The notes under the pieces: generated by a model
What the model was told of the DNA's origin: nothing
What the model saw: only the letters and a program-made list of their open reading frames with translations
The model's database searches: none
NCBI GenBank assembly: GCA_020137815.1
Contig: CM035353.1
Location: forward strand, 1,798,001-1,862,000
Length of the DNA: 64,000 nt
Direction of reading: 5' to 3'
Origin: Hormiphora californensis
Taxonomy: Eukaryota > Animalia > Ctenophora
Part shown: positions 1 through 12,846 of the stretch, piece by piece
How the letters are laid out: the number at the start of each line of letters is the position of its first letter
Position numbering within the stretch: position 1 is the stretch's first letter
Translations under genes and position numbers: made by a program

Positions 1-247
1 GAGTAGGAATGCCTTGGTCACGCCCCTCTGTTCGCCAAAGGAATGCCATGTGACTTTATTGCTGAGAGAGAATTGTTGTGTGAGATGAATGGTATAAATT
101 CAGATTTTTTTTGTTAATTGTAGTTAGTTAGATGACCTGGTTATTCAACTGGTTGTTAATTGGGTTGATGTTGAAGCATGTAATTAGCTGATGATTAGTC
201 GATAATTAGTTGACAATTGGGTTGATAATTAGTCGATAATCTGTTAA

Positions 248-1129
248 CCCTTTGGAGACGATTGGGTCACAGGTGACCCAATACTTTGAACCCATTTAGC
301 GTCTTTCTAGACCACGTTTGAAAGTTTTAAATTGTTTCCAGGGTTGAAACATACATTTTTCTACCTTTTTGAGGTCGTTTTGAGCCTCTGAAGTCGTCGA
401 CTTCGGAAAACAGGGCTAAAACAGTGCATTTGGTAGGCAAAATGGGTAGTTTAATGGCCATATCTCAAAATTGGTATGAGTATGCTTAAAATGGACTTGG
501 AAAATGCAAGATAAGTGTATATTTTACTCCGGGGTAAAGTTTCAGGGTGATATTGCAAATTTTGTGCCTCTCAGAGGCCTTCAAAGTGCTGGGTCACCTG
601 TGACCCAATCGTCCCCTAACGCTAAAACAGAAATTTGCATTTTACGAGCATTTCTAAAGGAATGGCCGCCGGTAAAAGTCCAAAACGGCATTTTTTAAAC
701 AGGTGCTAGCGACTAACCGACTCCATCATTGTTATCTCAACATCCAAGGGAGTCGATAAAATTTTTTTTGAGATCCGTGCTCCTTCAGAAAATTTTTCAT
801 CTCGGCCAATTTTGAAATTCTAAAATCGGCTACAGATGAGATAGAGAGGTCCATAGGGTGTGCAAAATGTGCAGAACGGCCGGGTTTATATAAGTGTTAT
901 GAAGAAACATAGGGCCTAAAATGAACGGTTTTCGAGTTATGGGGCAAAATAGCTGCGAAATCTCAATTCCTGTTTTAGCGTTAGGGGACGATTGGGTCAC
1001 AGGTGACCCAATAGAAATACAGGTGGTAGAACCAAAATTCCTTTTCCTGCGTTCAAGTAGGTTCAAAGTAAGTGTCTCCAGAAAGTTTTAGAGAATTCTG
1101 TCGACAGGGGGCTTATCGTCCCCAAAGGG
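248..1129. mobile_element. Non-autonomous piggyBac-type element (MITE)
   Basis: TTAA at 244-247 and 1130-1133. TIR CCCTTTGG(A/G)GACGAT ... ATCGTCCCCAAAGGG. Internal subterminal repeats GACGATTGGGTCACAGGTGACCCA at ~257, ~590 (inverted) and ~988. No transposase ORF. Confidence 0.88.
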
Positions 1130-1206
1130 TTAACGGATAAGTAATTACTATAAACTACTTACCGCCCTTTGAATGATAGGTATGATACGTCTCCTTCTCT
1201 TCACAG

Positions 1207-2209
1207 CTACATTGTGGGGAACTGCAGCTGTTCTTACAGGTTAGTCACTGACTTATTATGGATACAAATATTTACTAATTCTTTTGGGGAGAATCGATAT
1301 TCTCCCCCCCCCCCCAATTCAAACGTACTAGCTGTGCCGATCCTATACCCAGTGGGATAATATATATACTATATATTATGTTTCAGACTGGACAGCAGTA
1401 GAGCGGAATGACAATATACTCTGGGACCTGAAGGTAACTCCTCTCCAGATAAAGACAGACTCTGCACTTGGTAGTGATGAATGGATCTGGGTGCTCATGT
1501 ACGACAAGGACGGAGGCTTTATCGGTGCTGTGTTTGTGGAGTTCTCCTCCACAATGCGGTATTCTATCTTCTTCTGCTCCAGCGACTACACAGATCTGCC
1601 AGTACAACCCCCGGTGGAGGTGGAGAAAATTTGGACGTTAACCAAAACAGAGACCGCCATCATCATCACATGTAACAATGTGGAGGTACTGAACTACCTG
1701 TTCGCAGATAGTCCAGAGAGCAACTGTGTTCCAATGTTGGGTGGTGATGCTGCGCATGTGGAGGAGATCAAGTTCAACAATTATGACACAGCATCTGACC
1801 TCTACAGAGCAGGTAAGGGACTCAACTTAACGAATGTCGTATAGTGTAACTGCAACATGGGCCATGGGTTGGATATTTAGATCAAATGAGTTCATGGTGT
1901 TTGGTTTGTTGGGTAAAGAACCCTACATAGATTGGTTACCCCAGGCATGATTGATCCATATAAGTGAGCTACAATGTGTAATTCTCCAATCCCCGCTACA
2001 ATCGAACTCACGCCTTGATCAATGATCTTTCCATTTAGCACCAGAGTGTCCTGAATTTTCTGTTGAGGGATCAACACAAGGAAACTGGGCTGCTTCATCA
2101 ATAGGGACAACTGCCACCGTCGAGTGTGCTGCCAACCATAACCTTGTGGGAAGTGCAATGCTGACTTGTCAGCAGGATGGATCGTGGTCAAGTGATGTAC
2201 CACAGTGCA
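1207..2209 (+). CDS. Partial multi-exon gene: secreted or surface protein with a ctenophore-type ~140-aa domain plus a sushi/CCP domain
   Basis: AG/GT-bounded phase-1 exons. 1207-1239 (TLWGTAAVLT, like the end of a signal peptide). 1387-1812 (DWTAVERND..WDLKVTPLQIKTDS..EKIWTLTKT..CNNVEVLN..VEEIKF..DTASDLYRA). 2039/2045-2209 (CPEFSV..TATVECAANHNLVGSAMLTCQQDGSWSSDVPQC, the sushi C-C-C-W-C pattern). First and last exons not found. Confidence 0.82.
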
Positions 2210-2377
2210 GTAAGTATACTGTATTTGATTTTTTTTCATGACCAGCACATACATGGGAATTGCCCACAATATTTTGTAAATAATATTTAAACCGAACACG
2301 GTGAGAGGGTCGGCTGCACGAAAGACCAAATATCCGTCTTAACGTGTTATTAGCAGCTCGATACGCCACCCTGTATT

Positions 2378-2379
2378 CC

Positions 2380-2416
<37 letters not shown>

Positions 2417-2452
2417 GATTGATTGATTGATTGAATGATTGAATGATTGATT
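2378..2452. repeat. (GATT)n microsatellite
   Basis: Read directly from the sequence. Confidence 0.95.
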
Positions 2453-3484
2453 AACCTGTTGGGGGGTCGGTGGTTTTGGGTTGAGGTTAGTAAGAAATTT
2501 ATTTCATTAACTAAATAACTTAGATATCAATGTTACATGATATACATGTTACAACTGCTTACACACATGTTATACACATGTTACACATGTATGGTAACAT
2601 CAAAAATGGGAAATCCTGAACAGTTCCCAAACACCTCCAATAGGTTATTATAGGTATGCAGTGAGTATCACGATGATTTTCTTTCAACTTGTTGTCAATT
2701 TTCCAATGATCTCGAAACTATATTGTGATGAGTGAGGGCATTCACCAATGCAGTACACTTTGCTGGTGCTGTACAGATCTTGAGATAAACCGGGTTTTGG
2801 GATCAATCTGATATTGGTCCCTAAACTTTGTTTATGTCATCTTCTGGCCAGCACCCAATTAGTGTACTGCATCGGTGGGTGTAAACTACATCCCAGGGTC
2901 CCAATGCCTGGGCGCAATGCTAAAAATAGGACCCGAAACCCATTAAATGGAATTCTAAACCCCATCCATTTGTTTCAGCTTTTTGATCAAAACAGAGCTC
3001 TTCATGTTGGCTCTTTGGAAGTACAATCTAAGGTGAGATTTATGGGGTTATTGCAAAAAATTAAAAAGTTTGATATGCAGAAGCATTTATTATATTATAT
3101 GTTTTTATTTCAGAGTCTTTTGTAAATTATGGTTTCTCCAATCACCAATGTTAATATGTAACAATGTTATGACACATCCCTAGTAAAGCTCGCGCAGCCA
3201 TTTGTGGTGAAAATGGGCCCGTTTGTGATGTATTCTCAATAAAGTTTTCAGATTGTTTTTAGAGATCAGGTTTTCCGAAAAAAGTGGAGTATTCCAAAGT
3301 AAATTCCAAATTTTGAATTGTTTTACAATTGTAAGAGAGCTCGGGAGCTAGTAATAACTAACTATACAGGGTGTAATAACTAACTACTATTATATACCCC
3401 TAAATAGAATGGCAAATGAGATTTTTATTAGAAATCTCATTTGACGTTCTTGATTAACAACTTTAACTACCGCGTGTCAAAGGA

Positions 3485-3488
<4 letters not shown>

Positions 3489-3554
<66 letters not shown>

Positions 3555-3585
3555 GAGAAAGTGGAGAGAAAGTGGAGAGAAAGAG
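3489..3585. repeat. (GA)n microsatellite followed by GTGGAGAGAAA units
   Basis: Read directly from the sequence. Confidence 0.95.
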
Positions 3586-4505
3586 CAGGGGGCTCATGCC
3601 TCATAAGCCTCTTTGAGAGAAATCTTTAACTACAGTAACTGAGCAGTATAACTGCATATGTGGGTGTCTCTTGTTCTGTATGCGAGTTGATATGAAATAT
3701 TGAAATCTGAGCTTCTTCTTTACACTTGTGTACTGTATGGGCCCTGACAGGACTATAATATTATTATTATACTTTTACACATTATACCTGCATTCATAGT
3801 GGGTTAGTGCACCCACCGGGTTGACAACCCACCCGGCTCCACCGAGTGGCCCTCTGGAACGCTCTTTGTTCACATAATTTGTACCAAAATTATGGTTTCC
3901 ATGGTAACTGAAACGGTTACTATGGGGACTGAACCCGGGCTGAATCGCTAAAATATGTTTAGGGAATAGCCGCCATTGAAATCTGCATAACACCTCAGTA
4001 TCACGTGGGTCGGACCAAGCCCCGAAAACATGTTGTTCGTGGACGGGTATCTAAAGTTTAGCGAAATAAAAATCGCTCACTTACTTGACTTCTACATTTC
4101 AACACTAAACTGAATTTAGTTTCGTGGAGGACACCCAGGTCTTAGTGGAAAATAGCCGTGGCCTGAACCTGAGGTTTAGGCACGACCGTTTCCCCCAGAC
4201 TACTTGGGAATGATTTTCCGTGGCAAATCGAATTGCATCGTAAATGTAGGTACAAGTAAAGTATTGTTATTTTCATAAAACTTGTCCGTCCGGTAAATTG
4301 TTTTGCTGAATAAACCATGCAGTGACTTATGCAACTGCAACCAGCAACCCCTGTTATAGCTATATAGTTATTATATAGCTAGTATAGCTAGTATATACTT
4401 AGTATAGCTAGTATAGTTTATTTGATAGCTATATATAGTTATTTGATTGGAAGCTTCCAGAACATATCGCCGCTCCGTCACATTTTAGTTAACAGGTTAT
4501 ATTCT

Positions 4506-5194
4506 TCGCCTCCTTCTGATAGTACTCCCAACTCCATCTACTCCATTCCCTGCCGCGACTGCCCATCTTTCTACGTTGGCCAGACCAAGCGACCAGTGAA
4601 AACCCGGATTAAGGAACACGAATCAAACTTCTACAACAACTCTCTCTACAACACCGATGGGAAGATGAAATCTGCTCCTGCTATCCACGCTCGGGAATCT
4701 GGACACACCATGGACTGGAATTCTACCTCTATCCTCTCCTCTTCTTCCTCCTGCCTCAGTCTAAATCTACTGGAACAAGCGGCTATTCACACTCTTCAAC
4801 CGGCGATTAACCGAACAGATAAAGTTCCTACTGTCAACCTCCAATGGACTCACCTCCTCCCCAGAATTGCTAACTCCTTCAAACCCCGTCCTGCTGGCAT
4901 CTCCATCAAACCTAGATCTCCCAAACCTGTTTCCTAATTCTCTTCAGCTCGGATCACCTCTTCTCCCTTCCCGTGGATCACCTCCCCCATCCCCTCCTCT
5001 CGGATCGCATCTTCCTTCTCGGATCTCATCTCTTCCTCTCTCCTCCCCTCCCCGGATCCCATATCCTCTTCTCCACTACATAAACACTTTCATTTTCATT
5101 GTTGTTATAGCTGAAGACGTCTGACATAGATCAGTCGAAAGCTCCTGTTCTTAATTGAATATTAGTACTGCAAAATCGTTGTTTCTCTTTAATT
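4506..5194 (+). mobile_element. 5'-truncated Penelope-like retroelement (GIY-YIG endonuclease end plus pLTR)
   Basis: ORF segment SIYSIPCRDC..FYVGQTKR....RIKEH...SAPAIHA..GH.MDW...LLE..AI......N matches a PLE GIY-YIG domain with its CCHH motif. 11-bp direct repeat GGTTATATTCT at 4495-4505 and 5195-5205 (TSD). Empty site visible in the duplicate copy near 10110. Confidence 0.9.
5105..5149 (+). ncRNA. Minimal hammerhead ribozyme in the Penelope pLTR
   Basis: ATAG-CTGAAGA-C-GTCTGA(CATAGA)TCAGTC-GAA-AGCT-C-CTGT. This gives the CUGANGA core, stem II, GAAA, a palindromic AGCT stem III, a UC cleavage site and an ATAG/CTGT stem I. Confidence 0.75.
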
Positions 5195-5213
5195 GGTTAT
5201 ATTCTGGTCTCTA

Positions 5214-5358
5214 CCCTACTAAAATATAGGTAGTTCGACGCGACGCGATGCGCGATCGATGAACGATCGATAAACGATCGATAAACGATCGATATCGATC
5301 GTTTATCGATCGTTCATCGATCGCGCGTCGCGTCGCGTCGAACTATATTTTAGTAGGG
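5214..5358. mobile_element. Palindromic CpG-rich MITE with CCCTACTAAAATATAG termini (second copy 22470-22605)
   Basis: Near-perfect fold-back built from AACGATCGAT units. Flanks are TA/TA here and AG/AG in the second copy. CCC..GGG ends with a variable 2-bp TSD suggest the EnSpm/CMC superfamily. Confidence 0.8.
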
Positions 5359-5664
5359 TACCTTCCATTCCCATGACGTCAACACGGACTAGAGAGAGGG
5401 ATCATTATAATTGGAGTAGGGACACTCGAGCAGCGTAACATCTTGCGCAACGTTACTGTCATATTATAGGTGACAACTGGATATACATAATAGTATATAA
5501 TAACCAATTCTTTCCCATGTATAGGTTCTGCGAAACCTTGCCGTACCCTTGCCAAGTGAAACCGTAATAGTGATATATTGGCACGGAATAAACAATTTGT
5601 ATGCGTTACACCGCGTTTACCGCGAGTAATAAGTAGTGCGTAATATGGTATAGTAAACTACTGG

Positions 5665-6032
5665 AGGAGGGGAGAGAGAATGGGGAGAGAATTGGGATTG
5701 GGGAGAGAATGGGGAGATAATGGGGAGAGAATGAGGATTGGGGAGAGAGAATGGGGAGAGAGAACGGCCGGGAGAGAGAACGGGGAGAGAGAACGGGGAG
5801 AGAGAACGGGGAGAGAGAACGGGGAGAGAGAATTGGAGAGAATGAGGATTGGGGAGAGAGAATGGGGAGAGAGAACGGCCGGGAGAGAGAACGGGGAGAG
5901 AGAATGGGGAGAGAGAACGGGGAGAGAGAACGGGGAGAGAGAATTGGAGAGAATGATGATTGGAGAGAGAGAATGGGGAGAGAGAATGGGGAGAGAGAAC
6001 GGGGAGCCGGGAGAGTAATTGGGGAGAGAATT
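5665..6032. repeat. Purine-rich minisatellite (GAGAGAAYGGGGA)n
   Basis: Read directly from the sequence. The overlapping ORFs are repeat artefacts. Confidence 0.95.
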
Positions 6033-6509
6033 GTAATAGATTTGGCTAATTTTAGTTTAGGCCGATACTAGGACAGTCGAACGTGTTTTCCCCGCTCTCA
6101 TGTGACTTAATAGGCTACACTACTATAATTAAATAATATAACCTGTCTTCAAACCGAGGCGCGGAGAAAGAGGGTTGAGCAAAGCAATTGTTTTAACGTC
6201 ATTGTCCGGCTTACTATTTAACCCATATAACCAGTTAAACCAAGCTTACATTCTATTTTTAGCCATGACTCGCCGAAACATTTTTCTGAATATTAAGTTT
6301 TTCTTAATTGCATTGCAATACTTATAGCAATACTTATAGCAATAATTGCACAATTTTTCTCATCATCATTTCTTCCTTCTCTCTCTCTTTCGTTTTTCTC
6401 TGATCTTCTAACTAGCTGTAACTAGAGCCATTAAACCAAGTACAGATGATTATCATCGTCTATTGGACTTTTCTCTTTCAGAAATGTAGTCGAGTTTATT
6501 CTATGAAAT

Positions 6510-6590
<81 letters not shown>

Positions 6591-6700
6591 TCCCTCTGCT
6601 CTCTCCACTCTCTTCTCTCGTTCTTGCTTGTCCTTATCGCTTGCACATGAAAAATCTTGCTCTCTTATCTTTATAGCTGTAACGGTCACTTTCCATCGTT

Positions 6701-7509
6701 ATGAATGAGAATCCTAGAGTCAAAGTGAATGGTAACAGGTCATTGAGTGATATTGAAAATATCCATGTTAATACCGTGGAGATGGTTGAGGCACTCATGA
6801 CAATGGCTGGAACACGTCCCACTACGGGCGTGTTTGATGGAGAGTATAACGGTGCGGAGGAAAGTTTGTGGGACTCATTGTCTACCCCATCGAAGTATAA
6901 AATCGAAAAAGTGAGTCACAAGGATTTAGTTGACTGGGTGGAGATGGCAGGTAAGCTCTTGATTGAGAGGGTGTATCCTGTGATGCGAAGTCAGTATAGT
7001 GTAGCTAGGAAGTGCAGTGGTGTAGAGAAGAAGTTGGTGGAGCGGCAGGAGGAACTTATCTCTGCTCAAAGAGCATTGGTCGGAGCCCAGGCGCAGTTAG
7101 TGAAGCTGCAGGAGCAACTACTTGAGAAGAGGGAGGAAGTCATAACTGATGTGAAGACAACTGCGAAGGAGGAGATGCGAAGCTTCTCTACTGTACTGAG
7201 GAAGGAGTGTGAGACATCCCTCGCTCCTCAACGGATACAGCGGGCTGTAGCTGCAGCCAGCGAGGACAGATCTTGTAACATTGTCATCTACGGACTGACT
7301 GACAGTCCTGGAGACAAAGAGGAACTACTACCGGAGTTGTGGACAACGCTGGCGGAGAAGCCCTTGGTAAAGAGTGCTCAGCGGTTGGGGAGATTCATAG
7401 CGGGTCAGACCAGACCCGTGAAGATATCCCTGGCAAGCAAGGAGATGCAGTCGTGTATTCTTGGTAAGAAGACACGACTTAGACAGAGTGAATTGTTTTC
7501 CCGAGTTTA

Positions 7510-7512
<3 letters not shown>
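6701..7512 (+). mobile_element. LINE ORF1-like (coiled coil plus RRM-like, CR1/L2-type), 3'-truncated at a (CT)n tract
   Basis: Heptad region EKKLVERQEELISAQRAL..., then RSCNIVIYGL..RLGRF...TRPVKISL.S.....L....LR....FSRVYIS, a typical CR1-group ORF1 signature. The SLSL tail is translated microsatellite. Confidence 0.75.
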
Positions 7513-7592
<80 letters not shown>

Positions 7593-7624
7593 CTTCTACA
7601 AGTCCACTACAAAGGTTGAACTAG

Positions 7625-8313
7625 CTGAAATTATCTCCATGTTCTTCGTTATCAGTATGCAAGACTGTGGGATTATGTTCACTGCCAGTGAGTGACCATT
7701 TCTCGCTTGACTCCTCTCTCTTCGTGTATTGTGTCCTGTGTGGGGCCCCAACCCATAAAAAGTGCTACAAGCTTATTAACCCCAGCTCTGGAATTTGCTA
7801 TTGTTGCAAGGAGTGTGTCGCCAATAAACTGTTCACAACTCCAACTGACCCCAATATGATAAATAATACCGTTATCGTGCACGTTAATACTTCTGGGGGC
7901 AACAACAATACTACCAATGGAGACCAGCACTCCAATGGTAATACTACGTCTGCTGTCGATGATGATCCTGAGACTACTGTCGGCGACAATGGTGGGTCAG
8001 AACCAGAACCAACTCCTCATTCGGGTAACCATGGGCCGGGTAGGGCAAATGGTTATGATAGGAGCGTGGCTGTTTGTAAGTTCCTAAAACGAGGTATTTG
8101 CAAACATGGTATCTCTGGAAAAAAGTGTCCTTTATATCATCCCCCTTTTTGTCAAACCTACCAGAAATGGGGGGAGGATAATACTTTGGGATGTATTAAG
8201 GGTACACGATGTAAATGGTACCACCCGAAACTATGCAGCTTCTCAGCAAGAGGGCTGAAATGTACTGTTCGAGATTGTAAAGCTTTTCATACTCGACGCA
8301 CGTCGACAATTTA
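7625..8313 (+). mobile_element. Second LINE ORF1-like: PHD-like finger plus three CCCH-type zinc fingers, cut by the assembly gap
   Basis: CVLC...HKKC...CYCCKEC (PHD-like), an N/T/G-rich linker, then CKFLKRGICKHG..CPLYH, CQTY..GC..G.RC.WYH and CSFS....C....C..FH. Intronless. Confidence 0.65.
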
Positions 8314-8413
8314 NNNNNNNNNNNNNNNNNNNNNNNNNNNNNNNNNNNNNNNNNNNNNNNNNNNNNNNNNNNNNNNNNNNNNNNNNNNNNNNNNNNNNNN
8401 NNNNNNNNNNNNN
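8314..8413. other. 100-N scaffold gap
   Basis: Run of N. Confidence 1.
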
Positions 8414-11400
8414 TTCTTTTTTTAATTTATTTCCTTACCTTCTTCCCCCCTCCTTTCCTGTTACAACCCCCCCTCCCCCGGGTGGCCCTCGGAACCTCTT
8501 TGTTCACATAATTTGTACCAAATAGGTTTCCATGTAACTAAAAGGGTTACTATGGGGACTGACCCGGGCAAAATCGCTAAAATATTTTGGGGAATCCCGC
8601 CAAAAGGACCAAAAAAGTTCAAGACCCCAAAGCACCCAAAGCGCCCCCCCATAAGGGAACCACCCTAAAGGCGCACCCTATCGAAGAGAACCCCCCTAGA
8701 CGCACCACCCAAAAAGAGACCAAAACCCAAAGAGCTACCAATCCAAAGAAAACCCCCAAAGGCGCACCACATCAAAGAAGCCCCCCACCCCAGAAATACC
8801 ACGCGCAGGGGAAACCACACGAAAAGAAGAGACCAGCGGGGTTTTTTTTTGGGCTTTTGCGGACTCTTCTCGCGTGGTATCCCTTGGCGCGGTCTCTTTG
8901 GATGGGGTGCTTCCGGTCCGGTGTGTCTTGGCCCGGGTGCGTTTTGGGGTTTTGAACTTTATTATTTTTCCTTATTGAAATCTCATAACCCTCAGTTCAC
9001 TGGTCGGACCAACCCCAAAACATGGGTTCGTGGAGGGTATCTAAATTTAGCGAAAAAAAAAATCGCTCACTTACTTGACTTCTCATTCAACATTTAAACT
9101 AAATTAGTTTCTGGGGGACACCCAGGTCTCAGGGGAAAAATAGCCTGGCTGAACCTGAGGTTTAGGCACGCCCGTTTTCCCCCGACTATTTGGGAATTTT
9201 TTTCCATGGCAAAAAATTTGCATCGAAAATTAGGTTTAAAAGTAAAGCATTGTTATTTTCATAAAACGTATCCGTCCGGTTAATTGTTTTGCTGAATAAA
9301 CCATGCAGTGACTTATGCAATGCCAACTGCAAACCCGGAACCCGTTATAGTATAGTTTTTTTTATACTATTGTTATTGATTGGGAAATTTTGGAAACACC
9401 AGAAAAATATATATAACCCCGCTAACTTAAAAAATGCGCCAGTGGCGAGAAGTCCCACTAGCGCGCTCTCGTAAACAGCCATCCAGCGGCAATTATTCCC
9501 CCTGGCAGGGTTTTTATGTTAACTCCCACGTAAATTTAAAATGGGTGTAAAAAAGATCTTCTTACTAAAAAACGAGGGAAAAACTATGTCAACACTTACC
9601 CTACATTGGGAAAAAAGAAAAAGGGCACCCTTCCGTCAATTACTCTCTCTTAAACTCCCCTTTTGTTTTCACTTCTCTTTTTTCGTTTTATTTTGAATGC
9701 CCTTATCAGGGGCTATTTTTCTTTCCCTCTTTCCTTAGCAATGCTTATAAAATGTACCAAACAGTGTCACTCAATTTTGACGTTTTTTTAACTATTTTTC
9801 TCGTTCTCTTTGTTGTTTTGGGGTTAGTGTTTTCTCCTTGTTGGTTTTGGGGTACTTGAAATAAAAAACAAAAGGGAGGGTATATACCCATAAACTTGAC
9901 CCCTGGCACTTATAGGTTTAAAACCCCTCCGCCCCTCCCTCGGGTCCCCCCGGGATCGTCGTCGTGATTTAAACCAGTTTTTTTTATCCGCCAGCGGCGG
10001 ATAAACCCACTAAATTCTCCCCGGGCGGGGCCCGGGAGAAAAATTATTGAAAAAAAACGGCCTCCCGATTTATGCCTCATATTCCCGCCGGCCCCGTCCT
10101 TTTTAGCAGGTTTATTTGGTCTCTACTTCCATTCCATGACGTAAAACGGACTAGAGGAGGGATAAATATAATTGGAGAGGGGCACTCGAGCAGCGTTACG
10201 TCATATTATAGGTGACAACGGTTATATAGTACATAATCCTCCCGCGCGGCATTTTCAATAGACGCACTGCAGAGCAGTTCGTCTATTGAGCTTTTAATGC
10301 ACGGGTCCCGAAGGGACCCGTGCGTTACAGCCCGTAAATCCCGAGCGTCAGCGAGGGGTTTACAGGTAAAATCTGCCATGTAAGGAGGGAGTTTGTTTCA
10401 TAGACCCCGCTGGCGGGCACCTAGAAAGCAAAACAAAGCACAAATTAGGTGGTTGACACAAGAGAGCTCACAAAAACGGGTCAAATTAAAAAATAAAGGT
10501 ACAGGTGCCTCTCTACATTCCCACACTCGTAACAATCGTTGTAACATTTCAAAGGGGAATGCAGAGAGAGTTTACAGTAATTGTGGGTCATGAGCAACAT
10601 TTTGCAACAACGGCGGGCGCCAAATCGGGGCAAAAAGGTTGTGGGGTTGTACAAACCCCCTTTTGGTTCCCAAGCTTTTTATCGTGTTTCCAGTGATTTT
10701 TTGGATCTTTACACAAATTGAAAGGGGGCGTGGTCTTCAGACAAAAACTCAGGGCAGTGCACCCCCCAAAAGACCATTAAAATTGTTTGAGCGCGCCGTG
10801 CGTTTTTTGAGCCGGCGGGGTTATTAATAGTATAAAAAAACCTTCTTTCCCATGTTATTTCGGGAAAAACCTTTGCCAAGTGAAACCTAATATGATTTTG
10901 GGGCCGGAATAAAAACAATTTGTATGGTTAACCGCGTTTACGCGGTAAAAGTATGGGTAATAGTGGGATAAAACTACGGGAGGAGGGGGAGGGAGGGGAA
11001 AAAGAAAGGGGAGGGGGGAAAAAGGGGGGGAAAAAAGGAGGGGGGGGAAGGGGGAGGAAAGGAGGGGGGGGAGAGGAAAAGGGGGGAGAAAAGGGGGGGG
11101 AGAAGGGGAAGGGGAGAGAAAAGGGAAGAAGAGAGGAAGGGGGGGGAAAGAAAAGGGGAGAGGGGGGAAAAAAGGGAGAAGGGGGAAAGGGGGGCCGGGG
11201 GAAAGCCCAGAGAAAGGGAAAGGGGGGGGGGAAAGGGGGGGGAGGAAAAAAGGGGGAAGAGGGAAAAGGAAAAGGGGGGGAAGGGAAAGGGGGGGAAAGG
11301 GAAGAAAAAGGGGGGGAAAAGAAAAAGGGGAGGGAGGAAAGGGAAGAGAAGGGGAAAAAAAGGGGGAAAGGGGGGGGGAGAAGGGGGAGGGGAAGGGGAG

Positions 11401-12815
11401 GAATTGAAATTTAGTTTGGGCTAATTTAGTTTAGGCCGTTTACTGGGAAAGGCGAACGTTTTTTCCCCGTTTCTCATGGGATTTAATGGCTACATTTAAT
11501 AAAATTAAAATAAAAAAACCTTTGTTTTTCCCAAACCGGGGCCCGGGGAAAAGGAAAAAAGGGGGTTTTGGGACCCAAAGCAATTTTTTTTAAAGTCTTT
11601 GTCCGGTTTTACTTTTTAAAACCCATTTTAACCAGTTAAACCAAGCTAAATTCTATTGTAGCCAGATCCCCGAAACTTTTTTCTGAATATTAAGTTTTTT
11701 TAAAAAAAAAAATTTTCCCAATTTTCAATTTTTTAATCCCCAAAGTAATTCCCACAATTTTCTCATATTTCTTCCTTTTCTTTTCTTTGGGTTTTTCTCG
11801 GATCTTCTTTTTTAAATAGTTGTAATAGAGTTTTTAAAAACCCAAAGTCAGATGAGTATCATAGTCTATGGATTTCTTTTTCAAAAAGGGTATTCGATTT
11901 TATTTTAGTAAAAAACCCCTCCCCCCGCGGGAATCTTTTCCAATGACGCACTGCAGAGCGGGTGGTCTTTTGAGCGTAATGCAGGGCCCCAAAGGGGAAA
12001 CCCGTGCGTTCAGCCCTGTAAACCCCGAGCGTCGCGAGGGGTTTACGGGTAATCTGCACGTAAGGGAGGGGAGTTGTGTTCTAAAACCCCGCTGGGGGGC
12101 ACCAGAAGCAAAACAAGCACAAAAATTTGGTGGTTTTACACAAAAGAGGGGCTCACACAAAAACGGGTCAAAAAAGTTTGAAATGAAAACACAGAGTGCC
12201 TCTCACATTCCCACACACTCGTAAAAAATCGTTTGTAACAGTTCAAAAGCGGGGGGAAAGCAGAGAGGAGATTACAGTTTTTGGGGTCATGAGCAACAGT
12301 TTTAAAAGACCCGGCGGGGGGCCAAAACTAGGGCCAGAGGAGTGGTTGGTTTGGTTGTTTCACACACCCCTTTTTGAGGGAAAAAGTCATTTTATCGTTT
12401 TCCAGTGATTCTTTTTGGGTCTTTTCACAAATCTGTCAGAGGGGTGCCCTTCTATGAGGGCACCCAAAATAAAGGAAAATGCACGGCCAAATAGACCAGT
12501 GCAAATTTTTTGAAACGCGCCGGCCCCTCTTAAAGGGGGGCGGCGGGGTTATAAATGGGGAAAGGGATAAGCCAAAAAAAGAGAGATTTTGAGGGGAGGG
12601 GAGAGAGAGAGAGAGAAGAGAGGAAGAGAGAGAGAGAGAGGAAGAGAGAGAGAGAAAAGAAGAGAGAGAGAGAGAAGGGAGAAAAGAGAGAGAGAAGAGA
12701 TAGAAGGAGAGAGAGAGGAGGGGAGAGATAAAGGAAGAAGAAAAAGAGAGGGGAGAGGAGGCGCGGAAAAAGAGCAGGAATGAGAGAGAAAAGAGAGAAG
12801 AAAGGGGAGAGAGAG

Positions 12816-12846
<31 letters not shown>

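Noticed and set aside
4422-4505. N-terminal part of the 171-aa GIY-YIG ORF
   Set aside because: It lies outside the TSD-defined Penelope insertion and is chance read-through from flanking DNA.
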